Assembly (NCBI GenBank): GCA_965202665.1
Contig: OZ241841.1
Span: 1,952,001 to 2,016,000 of the forward strand
Length of the DNA stretch: 64,000 nucleotides
Reading direction: 5' to 3'
DNA from: Candidatus Spongiisociaceae bacterium
Lineage (GTDB): Bacteria; Actinomycetota; Acidimicrobiia; Spongiisociales; Spongiisociaceae
In this document: one piece after another, positions 1-9,393 of the stretch
How the letters are laid out: the number at the start of each line of letters is the position of its first letter
Position numbering within the stretch: the stretch's first letter is position 1
Translations under genes and position numbers: made by a program
Notes under the pieces: model-generated
The model's input: the letters and a program-made list of their open reading frames with translations, nothing else
The model's database searches: none
Told to the model about the DNA's origin: nothing

Positions 1-2976
1 CAGTTCAACCCGAGCGGGTTGGTGACGCGGGGGCAGATGGCGTCGTTTATCACCCGGGCGTTTGCTCATACCATCGCCCGTCCGTCGGGGGTGTCCATTC
101 AGAGCGAACAGGATATGGTGTTGGGGGCGCAGGGCGTGCCGTTGATTGTGTCGGTGCGGGACGTGAATTTCCAGCCGGTGCAAGACGCGTCGGTGGACGT
201 GTTCCGTTCTACCGATCCGGACAATGCGTTCGGGGACGATGGGGCGTGTGTTTCAGCGAGTGTGGATAAGGTGGCGACGGTGGGGCAGACGGCGTGCGAG
301 GTGGATTTGGGGGACAGCACCACCGACGCGTCGGGGGACCTGACCGATTTGTCCTTGCAGATCACGGATGCGGATGTGTCGGTGTGGGCGTGGACGGGCG
401 ACCGGGGCGACAAGTTCGACTCCGATGACACTACCGCCGCCCAGTTGACCGTCGGGTTCTCCAAGGCGGCCAGCCAGACGTTGGTTACCGACAACTTGGA
501 GGAAGGGCAGGAGAAGTCCAAGTTCGGGGAAACCGTCACGGTAACTATCCAGATCGCCGATGAGGATGACAAAGCGGTGGCCGACAAGGGTAAGCGGATA
601 ACCGTGGCGCAGAGCACTACGGTGGGCGACAATACCACGTCTTCTACTAACAGCATGACGACGGACGCGGACGGGAAGATCGTTTTGGAATTCACCCAAA
701 CCGATCCCGACGCCAACAGCACCGGTCAAACGGCCATGTTGACGTTGAGGTTGAGCGGCGCGCCGGCTGGGTTGCCGTTGCAAAATGAGGACGGAAGCGC
801 CTTCGACATGGACGGCAAGACTTACATTTGGTCGGATGAGACGCCGGTGCCCACCACGTTGACAATGTCGGCTCGGACCAACTTCGGGGCGGCTTCTGAT
901 GAGGGGTCGGGGGCCGGCAACACGGTTACGGCCACTTTGACCGACCAGTTCGGGGAACCGGTGCGGGGCAAGAGGATCAGTTTCCTCTCCGACACTTTTT
1001 GCACGCCCAAGCGGGATGAAACCACCTGCTCTGTGACCGGGATCGGGGTTACGGAAAACGGAGGCGTGGCGACGGAGGAGGATGACGGGGTGCGTGTTTT
1101 GACGGGGACCGCCCGGTTTATGCGCACCACCGGTCGGGACGGCCGGGCCAACCTGAGCTATTCCTACGATTCCACCGACAGCACAATCGAAACCATCTGG
1201 GCCACCTACCCATTCGCCGGGACTGAGGGGGTGCGGGGCTTTGCGGACACCGTCGTTCAGTGCGGCGAGGCCGGGGCGTTGCCGGCGGGGCGTTGCCGCC
1301 CGGCGGATGATATGGCAGATGAAACGGTTCTCCCCGCTGATCGTATCTATCACTACTGGGCGGAGGATCCGGGCGGGGCGCCGTTCACCGGGCGTATCCT
1401 GGTGAAAGACCCGGACAACGACCAGTTGGTGGTGGCGGCGGAAGAGAAGCTGATGTTGGTCAAATACGACGCCAACGACCAGTTCGTCGACTTTGATGGA
1501 CCCACGGTGATGGCCGAGTTTGAGAAGCCTCTGGCGGAAAACGCCGACCCGGCGGCGGCTCATCTGAAAGTGACCACCTACGAGGACGAAGCGGGCAAAG
1601 TCAGCACCTTCACCTTGCAACCGGAATGGCCCACCTTGCAACATCCCGACGGCACGAGAGCCGGAGCCGGAGCCCGATTCGGAAACGCCGTGGCCGCGGA
1701 CAACGGGGTGATAGTGGTCGGGGCATGGTTTGAGACGGTGGATCCGGACACCGGTAGCGGCGATGTGGATTCAGATTCGGATATGACCAACGATGCCTCC
1801 GATGACCTGTCAAGGGCGGGGAGGGTCTACATCTATCCGAACGGGTTTGACACCGACCCGGACGACATCATCAAACTGCAGGAACCCACTCCCGGAGAAA
1901 GATTCCGCTTCGGATACGATGTGGATGTCAGCGGAAACACGGTCGTGGTCGGAACCTTTTGTACACAAAATAACGATTGCGTCGTTGGGAGTAAGAAAGT
2001 CTACGTTTACGAACGTTCCAGCGGAGGAACGTGGTCCACTACTCCCGACGCCACTTTTACCGATGCCAACTACAACCGGGGTTTCGGCGAAGGGGTGGCT
2101 GTCTCCGGAGACGAAAAAACCATCGCGGTGGTGGCTCCGGCCTCGGCGAATGGCGGGGCGGTGATCGTCTATGAAAAAGGCGCCGGTTGGGGTGACGACT
2201 CCGACGCCTCCGACAACGCCCGTTTGAAAGACACCAGCGCCGCGGAGGGGAACGCTTGGAACGGAGAACGGTCCGTAGCCATCTCCAAGGACGGTTCGGT
2301 GATTCTCAGCGGAGCGTGCGGCTGGAATAACAGCCCTCCCCCAGGCGTTGAGAATTGCTATGGGCTGGTCAATTTGTACGAAAGGTCCGGCAACAGCTGG
2401 GGTACGGCTGTCATAGCGGAGGCCGATGTCACCTTCCAGTCCAACGGCGGACAACGTTTGCCGGAGCGTTTCGGCAAGTACGTGGCCATCTCCGAGGACG
2501 GGTCTACCTTTGTCGCCAGCGGGCATTTCCATGCCGACGCCAACAAGCCTGGTTCCGCCTATGTTTTCACCGAACCGGCGGGGGGTTGGTCGACTTTGGA
2601 CACCGACCCGGCCGTGACCGCCCGGTCCATCCAGGGGGCGGAGCTGTCCGTTTCCCGGGGCCGTCCGGCTGATGTGTTCGGACAGTACATTGCGATAACC
2701 AAGGACGGTTCGGAGGTGGCGGCCGGTCGTCATTATCGGCAGGAAGGGGACTTCCGGGGTTCGGTGGTGACCTTCAAACGCCCCTCAGGAGGATGGGCCG
2801 ACGACAGCAGCCCCGACGACGAATATCTTGGTCCCTGGGTTAACGCCCATCTGGGCTGGGCGACCACCTATGACAAGACGACCGGCGACCTGTACACCGG
2901 GCTGCGCGACGAAGTCACCATCAAGAATCCGCCTTCCGGCCACAAGTTGCTGACCGTTTACAAGATCACCCGTTAA
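1..2976 (+). CDS. S-layer homology (SLH) surface protein with Ig-like region and C-terminal FG-GAP-like beta-propeller (5' end lies outside the window)
   Basis: Frame is open from base 1: QFNPSGLVTRGQMASFITRA is an SLH motif. Thr/Asp-rich beta-strand segments (TVTATLTDQFGEPV). Repeated RFG-x-x-VA...vvvGA...G.VY(I/V)Y blades. Confidence 0.8.
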   Translation, partial: QFNPSGLVTRGQMASFITRAFAHTIARPSGVSIQSEQDMVLGAQGVPLIVSVRDVNFQPVQDASVDVFRSTDPDNAFGDDGACVSASVDKVATVGQTACEVDLGDSTTDASGDLTDLSLQITDADVSVWAWTGDRGDKFDSDDTTAAQLTVGFSKAASQTLVTDNLEEGQEKSKFGETVTVTIQIADEDDKAVADKGKRITVAQSTTVGDNTTSSTNSMTTDADGKIVLEFTQTDPDANSTGQTAMLTLRLSGAPAGLPLQNEDGSAFDMDGKTYIWSDETPVPTTLTMSARTNFGAASDEGSGAGNTVTATLTDQFGEPVRGKRISFLSDTFCTPKRDETTCSVTGIGVTENGGVATEEDDGVRVLTGTARFMRTTGRDGRANLSYSYDSTDSTIETIWATYPFAGTEGVRGFADTVVQCGEAGALPAGRCRPADDMADETVLPADRIYHYWAEDPGGAPFTGRILVKDPDNDQLVVAAEEKLMLVKYDANDQFVDFDGPTVMAEFEKPLAENADPAAAHLKVTTYEDEAGKVSTFTLQPEWPTLQHPDGTRAGAGARFGNAVAADNGVIVVGAWFETVDPDTGSGDVDSDSDMTNDASDDLSRAGRVYIYPNGFDTDPDDIIKLQEPTPGERFRFGYDVDVSGNTVVVGTFCTQNNDCVVGSKKVYVYERSSGGTWSTTPDATFTDANYNRGFGEGVAVSGDEKTIAVVAPASANGGAVIVYEKGAGWGDDSDASDNARLKDTSAAEGNAWNGERSVAISKDGSVILSGACGWNNSPPPGVENCYGLVNLYERSGNSWGTAVIAEADVTFQSNGGQRLPERFGKYVAISEDGSTFVASGHFHADANKPGSAYVFTEPAGGWSTLDTDPAVTARSIQGAELSVSRGRPADVFGQYIAITKDGSEVAAGRHYRQEGDFRGSVVTFKRPSGGWADDSSPDDEYLGPWVNAHLGWATTYDKTTGDLYTGLRDEVTIKNPPSGHKLLTVYKITR

Positions 2977-3000
2977 GCCTTTTCGCGCAACCTAACACGC

Positions 3001-3034
3001 CAGGAGCCTCCCCGCCGAGCGGGGAGGTTTCCTG
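3001..3034. terminator. Intrinsic terminator hairpin after the SLH gene
   Basis: CAGGAGCCTCCCCGC-CGA-GCGGGGAGGTTTCCTG inverted repeat, 25 nt after the stop codon. Confidence 0.7.
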
Positions 3035-3123
3035 TTAAATCCCTATCCGCCTCCCCCGGCGGCGGCGCTCGTCTGTCCGAACGCCGCGTTGTGGTAAGAT
3101 AAAAAGACGGAGAGGAGGAGAAT

Positions 3124-3879
3124 ATGGCGGCCGCGCTGGTAACGGAACGGATGGGGCAAATCCATCAAATATGCCGGGAATATTGGGTGGAGCGGTTGTA
3201 TCTTTTCGGCTCCGCCGCCAACGGTGAAATGCGACCCGATAGCGACGTTGATTTCTTGGTGGAGTTTCAAGAGGGCGCGCAGGAACATTTCGGCCCCGGG
3301 CTTTTAGGGAGCCCCCTTTTGGGGATGGGGGCAAAACTGGACGGGCTGTTCGACCGCGAAGTGGATCTGGTTGAACCACGGCTGATTGCCGATCCGGGGT
3401 TTCTGCAAGAGATTGAGGAAACCAAAGAACTGATATACGAGTTTGGCGACCCGAGCCTGAAACGGTCCCCGCGGCCGCCCCGCTCCCGCCTAGCGAAGGA
3501 GAAAACATTGAATCGGAGAATCCGGAATTATTTGAGCGATATTTACCAAGCCGCGCAGGCCGTCCACCGGTTCGCCGAAGGTAAGACCGAGGAAGATTAT
3601 CTCGCAGATCGGATGCTGCGTAGCGCAATAGAACGCGAGATGACCATCATCTGCGAGGCAATGCGGGAGCTGGACCGTACCGACCCGGAGATAACGGCGC
3701 GGTTCACCGGTTACCGGGACATCATACGGTTCCGCACGTTTTTGGTTCACCTCTACATGGATATAGACGATGAGAAAGTGTGGGGCTTTGCGAAAGACGA
3801 CATCCCGGTTTTGGCGGCGGAGGCGGAGGACCTGCTCAACGAGATGGGATGGCCGCCTGATAGGGGGGCGTCGGATTAG
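3124..3879 (+). CDS. Fused MNT nucleotidyltransferase / HEPN (DUF86, HepT-like) toxin-antitoxin protein
   Basis: FGS..NG...DSDVDFLV (MNT motif) in the N-half; RTFLVHLY (RX4HXY) in the C-half; GGAGGAG RBS; TGGTAAGAT extended -10 upstream. Confidence 0.85.
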   Translation: MAAALVTERMGQIHQICREYWVERLYLFGSAANGEMRPDSDVDFLVEFQEGAQEHFGPGLLGSPLLGMGAKLDGLFDREVDLVEPRLIADPGFLQEIEETKELIYEFGDPSLKRSPRPPRSRLAKEKTLNRRIRNYLSDIYQAAQAVHRFAEGKTEEDYLADRMLRSAIEREMTIICEAMRELDRTDPEITARFTGYRDIIRFRTFLVHLYMDIDDEKVWGFAKDDIPVLAAEAEDLLNEMGWPPDRGASD

Positions 3880-3932
3880 GGGGCGGAACGGGGGACCGCC
3901 TCTCGGGGGCGGCGGCCCGGCGGGCGGGGGGT

Positions 3933-4754
3933 TTAAGAGGAGCGGCGGCGGGCCAGGGCCCACCAGAGGGCGGCGGTTCCCACCGCGGCGGCGGCCAAGG
4001 CGGCCGTCCCTGATGCGGCCGGGGTCGGTTTGGGCAGGGAGGCCAAACGGTGGCGCAGATTCACCGGACGGGAGAATCCGGCCACCGGCCAGCCTTCTTC
4101 TTCGGCCCGGCGGCGCAGATCCTTGTCCGGGTTGACCGCCACCGGGTTGCCCACCGCCTCCAGCATGGGCAGGTCGGAGGCGCTGTCCGAATAGGCGAAG
4201 CATTCCCCCAAGTCCAGTCCCCACTCCTCCGCCAGGCGGCGGACGGCCTCCGCCTTGCCCGGCCCGTCGGCGTAGAAAGCCAGCCGGCCGGTGTAGCGGC
4301 CCTCCTCGTCCACCAGGGAGCGGGTGGCGATCACGTGATCCGCCCCCAGGTAGCGGGCCAGCGGTTCCGCCACCTCCTCCGGGGAGGCGGAGACGATCAC
4401 CACCCGCCGCCCCAGTCGTCGGTGATCGGCGATTAGGGCCAGCGCCTCGGCGTACACCAAAGGGGCGATCACATCGTCCACCGTTTCCCGCACCAGGCGG
4501 CGCACCGCCTGCGCGTCCCATCCTTTGGCGAGGGCCAGCAACCGGTCCCGCACCCGGTCCAGGCGGCGCTGGTCGGCCCCCAACAGCAGGTAGACGGCTT
4601 GGGCGGCCGCCGCCCGCAGCAAGGTGCGCCGCCGCAGGTAACCGGCCCGGCGGAAAGGGCGGGTGTAGGCCAGGGTGGACGACTTGGCGATGACCGTTTT
4701 GTCCAAGTCGAAGAAGGCCGCCGACCTGCTTTTAGGGAAACTTTTCCCGTTCAT
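3933..4754 (-). CDS. HAD-IB (SerB-like) family hydrolase
   Basis: FFDLDKT motif I, VSAS motif II, YSDSASD motif IV; typical position divergent from the actinobacterial ssd-tad cluster. Confidence 0.9.
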   Translation of the reverse strand: MNGKSFPKSRSAAFFDLDKTVIAKSSTLAYTRPFRRAGYLRRRTLLRAAAAQAVYLLLGADQRRLDRVRDRLLALAKGWDAQAVRRLVRETVDDVIAPLVYAEALALIADHRRLGRRVVIVSASPEEVAEPLARYLGADHVIATRSLVDEEGRYTGRLAFYADGPGKAEAVRRLAEEWGLDLGECFAYSDSASDLPMLEAVGNPVAVNPDKDLRRRAEEEGWPVAGFSRPVNLRHRLASLPKPTPAASGTAALAAAAVGTAALWWALARRRSS

Positions 4755-4912
4755 ATTGACATTTTACCGACCCGCCGGGGTTCCCGTTCCCAGGGCGTTT
4801 CGCCTGGTCAAGCAGGCAATTGGGGTTTCGGCGCCGGCGGGGGCGGGGCGTCCTGTTCCAAGGTCGCGAAAAGAGGGGGTTGTCGTCTCTCGAAAAATAC
4901 CTTATGTTGAAT

Positions 4913-4934
4913 ATTGTAAGCAAACATTTACAAT
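4913..4934. promoter_or_regulatory. Candidate operator upstream of the tad operon
   Basis: ATTGTAA-N8-TTACAAT inverted repeat in an AT-rich intergenic segment. Confidence 0.45.
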
Positions 4935-4946
4935 CGGAAAGGTTGG

Positions 4947-5480
4947 TTGACGATGGCTTTGGCCGTTCATACCCGGCACGATGACGTGCTCGGTTTGGTG
5001 GCGCCGGTGCTTCTGGCCGGGGTTCACCCTACGGCCCTGGTGGTGGATTTGGACCCGCGGGGGATTCCCTATCCGGGCCTGCGCACCCTGGCCGACCTGT
5101 GCCGGGACGGTCCCACCTTGGGGGAACTGCGGCCCGGCCGGAGCGGAGTGGCGGTGCTGCCCAACGGCGGCGCGGAGGCGGAGGAGGCCCGGCCGGCGCT
5201 GTCGGCGTTGCTGGAGGCCTGGCCGCAGGTGGTGTTCCGGGTGCGGGAGCGGTTGGACGGGGTTCCGTTGGCCGAAGTCGCTCCCCTGTTGCCCGGGGTG
5301 GAAACCGCCGGCCGCCCCCGGGTGTGGGTGAAAACCGGTTTGGGGCGGGCGGAGCCGGGGCCGGGGCCGGTGGTGGAAGGACCGGGCCGGTCGGCGGCGG
5401 CGGCCGTGCTGGACGGCCGGGTTCCCGCCGGGTGGCGCCTGCGTTCTTGGAGAAAGGTGTGGGAATGGCCTTGGGAGTAG
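4947..5480 (+). CDS. Short, degenerate Ssd/MinD-CpaE-like protein
   Basis: ALVVDLDPRG and GVAVLP segments resemble the MinD/ParA fold; no intact Walker A; first gene of the tad operon. Confidence 0.55.
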   Translation: MTMALAVHTRHDDVLGLVAPVLLAGVHPTALVVDLDPRGIPYPGLRTLADLCRDGPTLGELRPGRSGVAVLPNGGAEAEEARPALSALLEAWPQVVFRVRERLDGVPLAEVAPLLPGVETAGRPRVWVKTGLGRAEPGPGPVVEGPGRSAAAAVLDGRVPAGWRLRSWRKVWEWPWE

Positions 5481-6526
5481 CGGATCGGCTGATGCGCCGG
5501 GTGCTGGAATCCGATGTGGAGTTGACCCGGGAGAAGGCCCGGGCCGAAGCCGAGCGCATACTGGCCACCGAGTCGCCCCTGGCCCCGCCCGGGATCATCG
5601 AAACGGTGGTGGACAACCTGGTCGGCCTGGGGCCGCTGGAACCTTTGTTGCGCGACCCGGCGGTGTCCGATGTGCTGGTGAACGGTCCGGATGAAGTGTG
5701 GGTGGAACGGTCGGGGACGATGGAGCGCGCCGCGGCCTCCTTCGCCGACGAAGGGGCGGTGTTGGCGGCCGTGGAACGCACCATCGCCCCGCTGGGATTG
5801 CGCCTGGACCAGGCCAGCCCGCTGGTGAGCGCCCGCCTGCCCGACGGCAGCCGCCTGCATGCCGTGATCCCGCCGGTGGCCATCGACGGGCCGGTGGTGG
5901 CCATTCGCCGCTTCACCGCCACCGCCCCCGACTTGGACACTTTCGTGGAATGGGGCTCCATGACCTCCGGCCAGCGGGAGTTTTTGGCCGCCGCCATTCG
6001 GGAGCGGAAAAACATCGTGGTCAGCGGGGGCACCGGGGCGGGCAAGACCACCTTGCTCAACGCCATGGCGGCCATGGTGGATCCGTCCGAGCGGTTGGTC
6101 ACCATCGAGGACGCGGCCGAGTTGAGTTTTCCCGGGCACGTGGTGCGTTTGGAGGCCCGGCCCTCCAACGCCGAAGGGCGGGGGGAGGTGGCCCTGGCCG
6201 ACCTGTTGCGCACCGCCCTCCGCTTGCGGCCGGACCGGATCATCGTGGGGGAAGTGCGGGGGGCGGAGGCCTTGGAAATGATTTCGGCCATGAACACCGG
6301 CCACGACGGAAGCCTGTCCACCGTCCACGCCAACGGGCCGGAAGACGCCCTGTGGCGTTTGGAAACTTTGGCTTTGACGGCCGACAACGCCGGGGAGACG
6401 GCGGTGCGGCGCCAGCTTCGGTCGGCCGTTCACTTGGTGGCCCATCTGTCCCGCCGGGGGACGCGCCGCCGCTTGGAGGTGATAGCCGAAGTGGGCCCTG
6501 ACGGGTGCCGGGAGGCGGAGTTCTGA
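5465..6526 (+). CDS. tadA: Tad pilus assembly ATPase CpaF/TadA
   Basis: GGTGAGKTT Walker A, IEDAAEL Asp box, RLRPDRIIVGEVRG, MNTGHDGSLSTVHA. Confidence 0.95.
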   Translation: MALGVADRLMRRVLESDVELTREKARAEAERILATESPLAPPGIIETVVDNLVGLGPLEPLLRDPAVSDVLVNGPDEVWVERSGTMERAAASFADEGAVLAAVERTIAPLGLRLDQASPLVSARLPDGSRLHAVIPPVAIDGPVVAIRRFTATAPDLDTFVEWGSMTSGQREFLAAAIRERKNIVVSGGTGAGKTTLLNAMAAMVDPSERLVTIEDAAELSFPGHVVRLEARPSNAEGRGEVALADLLRTALRLRPDRIIVGEVRGAEALEMISAMNTGHDGSLSTVHANGPEDALWRLETLALTADNAGETAVRRQLRSAVHLVAHLSRRGTRRRLEVIAEVGPDGCREAEF

Positions 6527-7206
6527 TGCCGGGGGTTCCCATGTTCTTGTTGTTGGCGGTCGGTTTGGCTTGGGAGCCCCGTCGCTGGGCGGACGCGGCC
6601 GGGCTGGCGGCGGCGGCGATCCTGCCCTGGTGGATAACGGTCCCGGTCCTGGCCGGGTTGGCGATGCGCCGGATGATGCGCCGGGCGGACCCGCAGGAGG
6701 AGGTGGCTTTTCTGCAGGCGGTGGCCGCCGAGTTGCGAGCCGGGCGCAGCCTGAGGCACGCCCTGGTTCGGGGATGCGACCGGGCTCCCGGTTTGGACTT
6801 GGCGCAGATGACCCGCATGGCCGAAGCGGGGCGGCCGATGGAGGAAGTGGCGGCTGCCGCTGCCCTGGGGTTGCCCGGAACCGGGCGGCTGGCGGAGGCG
6901 GCGGTGCGCATCGGGGCCGAATGCGGGGGGATGGTGGCCCCCGTTTTCACCACCTTGGCCGGGATTCAGGCGGACCGGATCGAGTTGGGACGGGAGGCCG
7001 CCTCCGCCACCGCCGCCGCCCGGGCTTCCATGATGGTGTTGGCGGCTATCCCGTTGGGCGGGTTGGCGGTCACGCTGGCCTCCGGGCGGTGGGGGGCCCT
7101 TTTCGCCATGGGCGGCCCCGGATTGGCTTTAGCGGGAATGGGGACGGCGTTGCTGTTGGCCGGGGCGGGATGCGTGCTGTGGTTGGGGCGGGGCGCCGGG
7201 CGATGA
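6526..7206 (+). CDS. tadB: TadB-like type II secretion F-family membrane protein
   Basis: AELRAGRS motif, membrane helices, stop/start overlap with tadA. Confidence 0.8.
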   Translation: MPGVPMFLLLAVGLAWEPRRWADAAGLAAAAILPWWITVPVLAGLAMRRMMRRADPQEEVAFLQAVAAELRAGRSLRHALVRGCDRAPGLDLAQMTRMAEAGRPMEEVAAAAALGLPGTGRLAEAAVRIGAECGGMVAPVFTTLAGIQADRIELGREAASATAAARASMMVLAAIPLGGLAVTLASGRWGALFAMGGPGLALAGMGTALLLAGAGCVLWLGRGAGR

Positions 7207-7853
7207 CTTTTTTCCCTTTGTTTACCGTGTTCGCCGCCGGTTGGACGTTGTGGCTGTTGTCGGAGGCTTGGCCCCCGGCGCGGCGGCGGGCGGCGGTCCT
7301 GGGGGCGGTGATGGTCGCCGCCCATCCCGGGGCGGGTTTGTGCCTGGGGTTTTCCTGTCTGGCTTGGCGGTGGGCCCGCTCCCGGAAACGGAGCCGGGAG
7401 GCGGTAGCCGAAGCCGGGCGGGAAGTGGAGTTGCTGGCCCGGTCGCTTTTGGTGGCGCTGTCCGGGGGTTTGTCGCCCGACGCCGCTTTGCGCACCGCCC
7501 GCCGCTCCTTGCGCTCCGAGTTGGGCGGGGAAGTGGACCGGATCTTGCGCGAGTCGGCCCGCTCCGGATTGGCGTCCGCCCTCCTCGCCGCCGGAGGCGC
7601 CGGGGGGCGGCTCTTCCGGCAGTTGGGGGCGGCCCACCTGTCCGGGGCTCCGATGATCGTGACGCTCACCGCCCTGGCCCGCGACCTGCACGATTCGGCC
7701 CGGGCCGAAGCGGTGCAACGGGCCCGCAAACTGCCGGTGAAGATGGTGATACCGCTCTCCTTGCTGATGCTTCCCGGTTTCCTGATGTTGATGGCCGGCC
7801 CGGCGGTTCTGCCCTCCTTCGGCAGGCTGCTGGGCCCGATGGTTGGTTCCTGA
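7203..7853 (+). CDS. tadC: TadC-like type II secretion F-family membrane protein
   Basis: ATGA overlap with tadB; C-terminal ARKLPVKMVIPLSLLMLPG. Confidence 0.8.
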   Translation: MTFFPLFTVFAAGWTLWLLSEAWPPARRRAAVLGAVMVAAHPGAGLCLGFSCLAWRWARSRKRSREAVAEAGREVELLARSLLVALSGGLSPDAALRTARRSLRSELGGEVDRILRESARSGLASALLAAGGAGGRLFRQLGAAHLSGAPMIVTLTALARDLHDSARAEAVQRARKLPVKMVIPLSLLMLPGFLMLMAGPAVLPSFGRLLGPMVGS

Positions 7854-7916
7854 TGTCGCTTCCCCCCGTACCGGCCGGCCGCCGGATTCCCGCTCGGCGG
7901 GAGAAAGGAGAAAGAA

Positions 7917-8093
7917 ATGGCCCGTTTGTTGGCCCTGATGCGCAACGAGGAGGGTCAGGTGACCCTGGAGTACGTTCTGGTCGCCCTGGCGGCGGCCGGA
8001 CTGGCCACGGTGCTGATCACCTGGATCGGACGGTCCAAGGTGGTCACGGGGTTCTTCAGCTCCGTGTTCAAGACCGTCACCGGCATGTTCTAA
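7917..8093 (+). CDS. flp: Flp family pilin, 58 aa (absent from the ORF track)
   Basis: MARLLALMRNEEG|QVTLEYVLVALAAAGLATVL...: prepilin G|xxxxEY motif followed by a hydrophobic helix; AAGGAG RBS. Confidence 0.9.
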   Translation: MARLLALMRNEEGQVTLEYVLVALAAAGLATVLITWIGRSKVVTGFFSSVFKTVTGMF

Positions 8094-8452
8094 GAGCCGA
8101 GCGGGGCTCTGCGACCATGGAATTCGTGTTCATCATTCCCCTGGTGGCTTTGTTGCTGGCGGGAGTGGTGGAAGCGGCGGCGGCCGCCCGCACCTCGTTG
8201 CACCTGATGTCCGCCGCCCGGGAAGGGGCGCGGGCGGCTGCGGTCGCCCCCGACCCGGGCCGGGCGATAGAAGCCACCCGCCGCGCCCTGGGCGAAGACC
8301 TGGGGCGCCGGGTGCGGATTACGGTGGAACGTCCGTCGGTGGCGGGCCGTCCGGCGACGGTGACGGTAAGGCTCGACTACCGGGTCTTATCAGCCTTGGG
8401 CGGTTTCACGACGCCCATGCAATTCACCTCCACTATGCGAGTGGAGAAGTGA
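8090..8452 (+). CDS. tadE: TadE-like pseudopilin (start uncertain: CTA at 8090 or ATG at 8117)
   Basis: RAERG|SATMEFVFIIPL and AAREGARAAA motifs. Confidence 0.8.
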   Translation, partial: LRAERGSATMEFVFIIPLVALLLAGVVEAAAAARTSLHLMSAAREGARAAAVAPDPGRAIEATRRALGEDLGRRVRITVERPSVAGRPATVTVRLDYRVLSALGGFTTPMQFTSTMRVEK

Positions 8453-8835
8453 GAAAGGAGCGCGGTTCGGTTACGGTGGCCGTCTTGGGGGTGGCCGCCG
8501 TGGCCATCGCGTTGACGGTGGGCCTGGCCGGGATCGGGCAGGCGCTGGCCGCCCGGGCCGCGGTAGCGACCGCCGCCGAAGCGGCCGCTTTGGCCGCCGC
8601 TCCGGTTACCTTCCGCCCTTTCGGAGCGAAGGGGGGCCCGTGGGAGGAGGCGGCCCGTTACGCCCGGGCCAACGGAGCGGAGTTGGTGGAATGCCGGTGC
8701 CCGCCCGACCCCGGCTATCGCCCCCGCACGGCCGTGGTCCGGGTGAGGGCGGTGACGAAGGTGTTGGGGGTGGGGAGGCTGACGGTGGAGGCGGAGGCGG
8801 CCGCCGAGTTCCGCCCGTTGGCCCTGTTCCATTGA
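8449..8835 (+). CDS. Rv3654c-like TadE/G family protein
   Basis: ERG|SVT prepilin leader, AAEAAALAAA, ARANGAELVEC. Confidence 0.8.
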   Translation: MRKERGSVTVAVLGVAAVAIALTVGLAGIGQALAARAAVATAAEAAALAAAPVTFRPFGAKGGPWEEAARYARANGAELVECRCPPDPGYRPRTAVVRVRAVTKVLGVGRLTVEAEAAAEFRPLALFH

Positions 8836-8867
8836 GGCCGGGACTTGGGGCAGCGGGTTCGGGTGGG

Positions 8868-9308
8868 TCAGGCGCAGAGCCGGCAACGGCCCTCCACCTC
8901 CAGGGTGTGGCCGGTCAGGGCGTAGCCTCCGGTCCCGGCGATGCGGGCCGCCACCTGCTCGATGGAGGCTTCCATCTCGGAGGACAGTTCCACGTCGTCC
9001 ACAGATCCGCAGTCGACGCACACCAGATGGTGGTGATGGCCGATCAGCCATTCGGCCGGTTCGTAGCGGGTTACGCCCGTTGGCCCATGGTGGGGGGACA
9101 GAATCCCCGCTTCGGCCATCACCGCCAGGGAGCGGTAGAGGGAGGACAGGGGGAGGGGGGGCTGCATTTCCCGATGCAACTCCACCGCCGCCCGGGGTCC
9201 GTCGGCCCGGATGAGGGCCTCTAGCACCTGTTGCCGGCCGCGGGTGTATCTGATGCCGCGTTCCCCCAGGCGGAGGCGCGCCAACTGTTCAATCTGGGTG
9301 ACGGTCAT
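8868..9308 (-). CDS. zur: Fur-family regulator, probably Zur
   Basis: SSLYRSL, HHHHLVCVDCG, EVEGRCRLC; divergent from zinc ABC genes. Confidence 0.85.
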   Translation of the reverse strand: MTVTQIEQLARLRLGERGIRYTRGRQQVLEALIRADGPRAAVELHREMQPPLPLSSLYRSLAVMAEAGILSPHHGPTGVTRYEPAEWLIGHHHHLVCVDCGSVDDVELSSEMEASIEQVAARIAGTGGYALTGHTLEVEGRCRLCA

Positions 9309-9322
9309 CGCAATTTGACTCC

Positions 9323-9345
9323 ATAATGATATTGGTTATCATTAT
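9323..9345. promoter_or_regulatory. Zur/Fur box
   Basis: ATAATGATA-TTGGT-TATCATTAT perfect 9-bp inverted repeat between zur and the zinc-binding protein gene. Confidence 0.8.
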
Positions 9346-9393
9346 AGAAAATACCCGATAAGTTGGCAACCACGGGAAGTAAGGAGGAAGCAC

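Noticed and set aside
3880-3932. Ms1-type RNA expected downstream of the HAD gene in some Actinobacteria
   Set aside because: The intergenic space is only about 50 nt.
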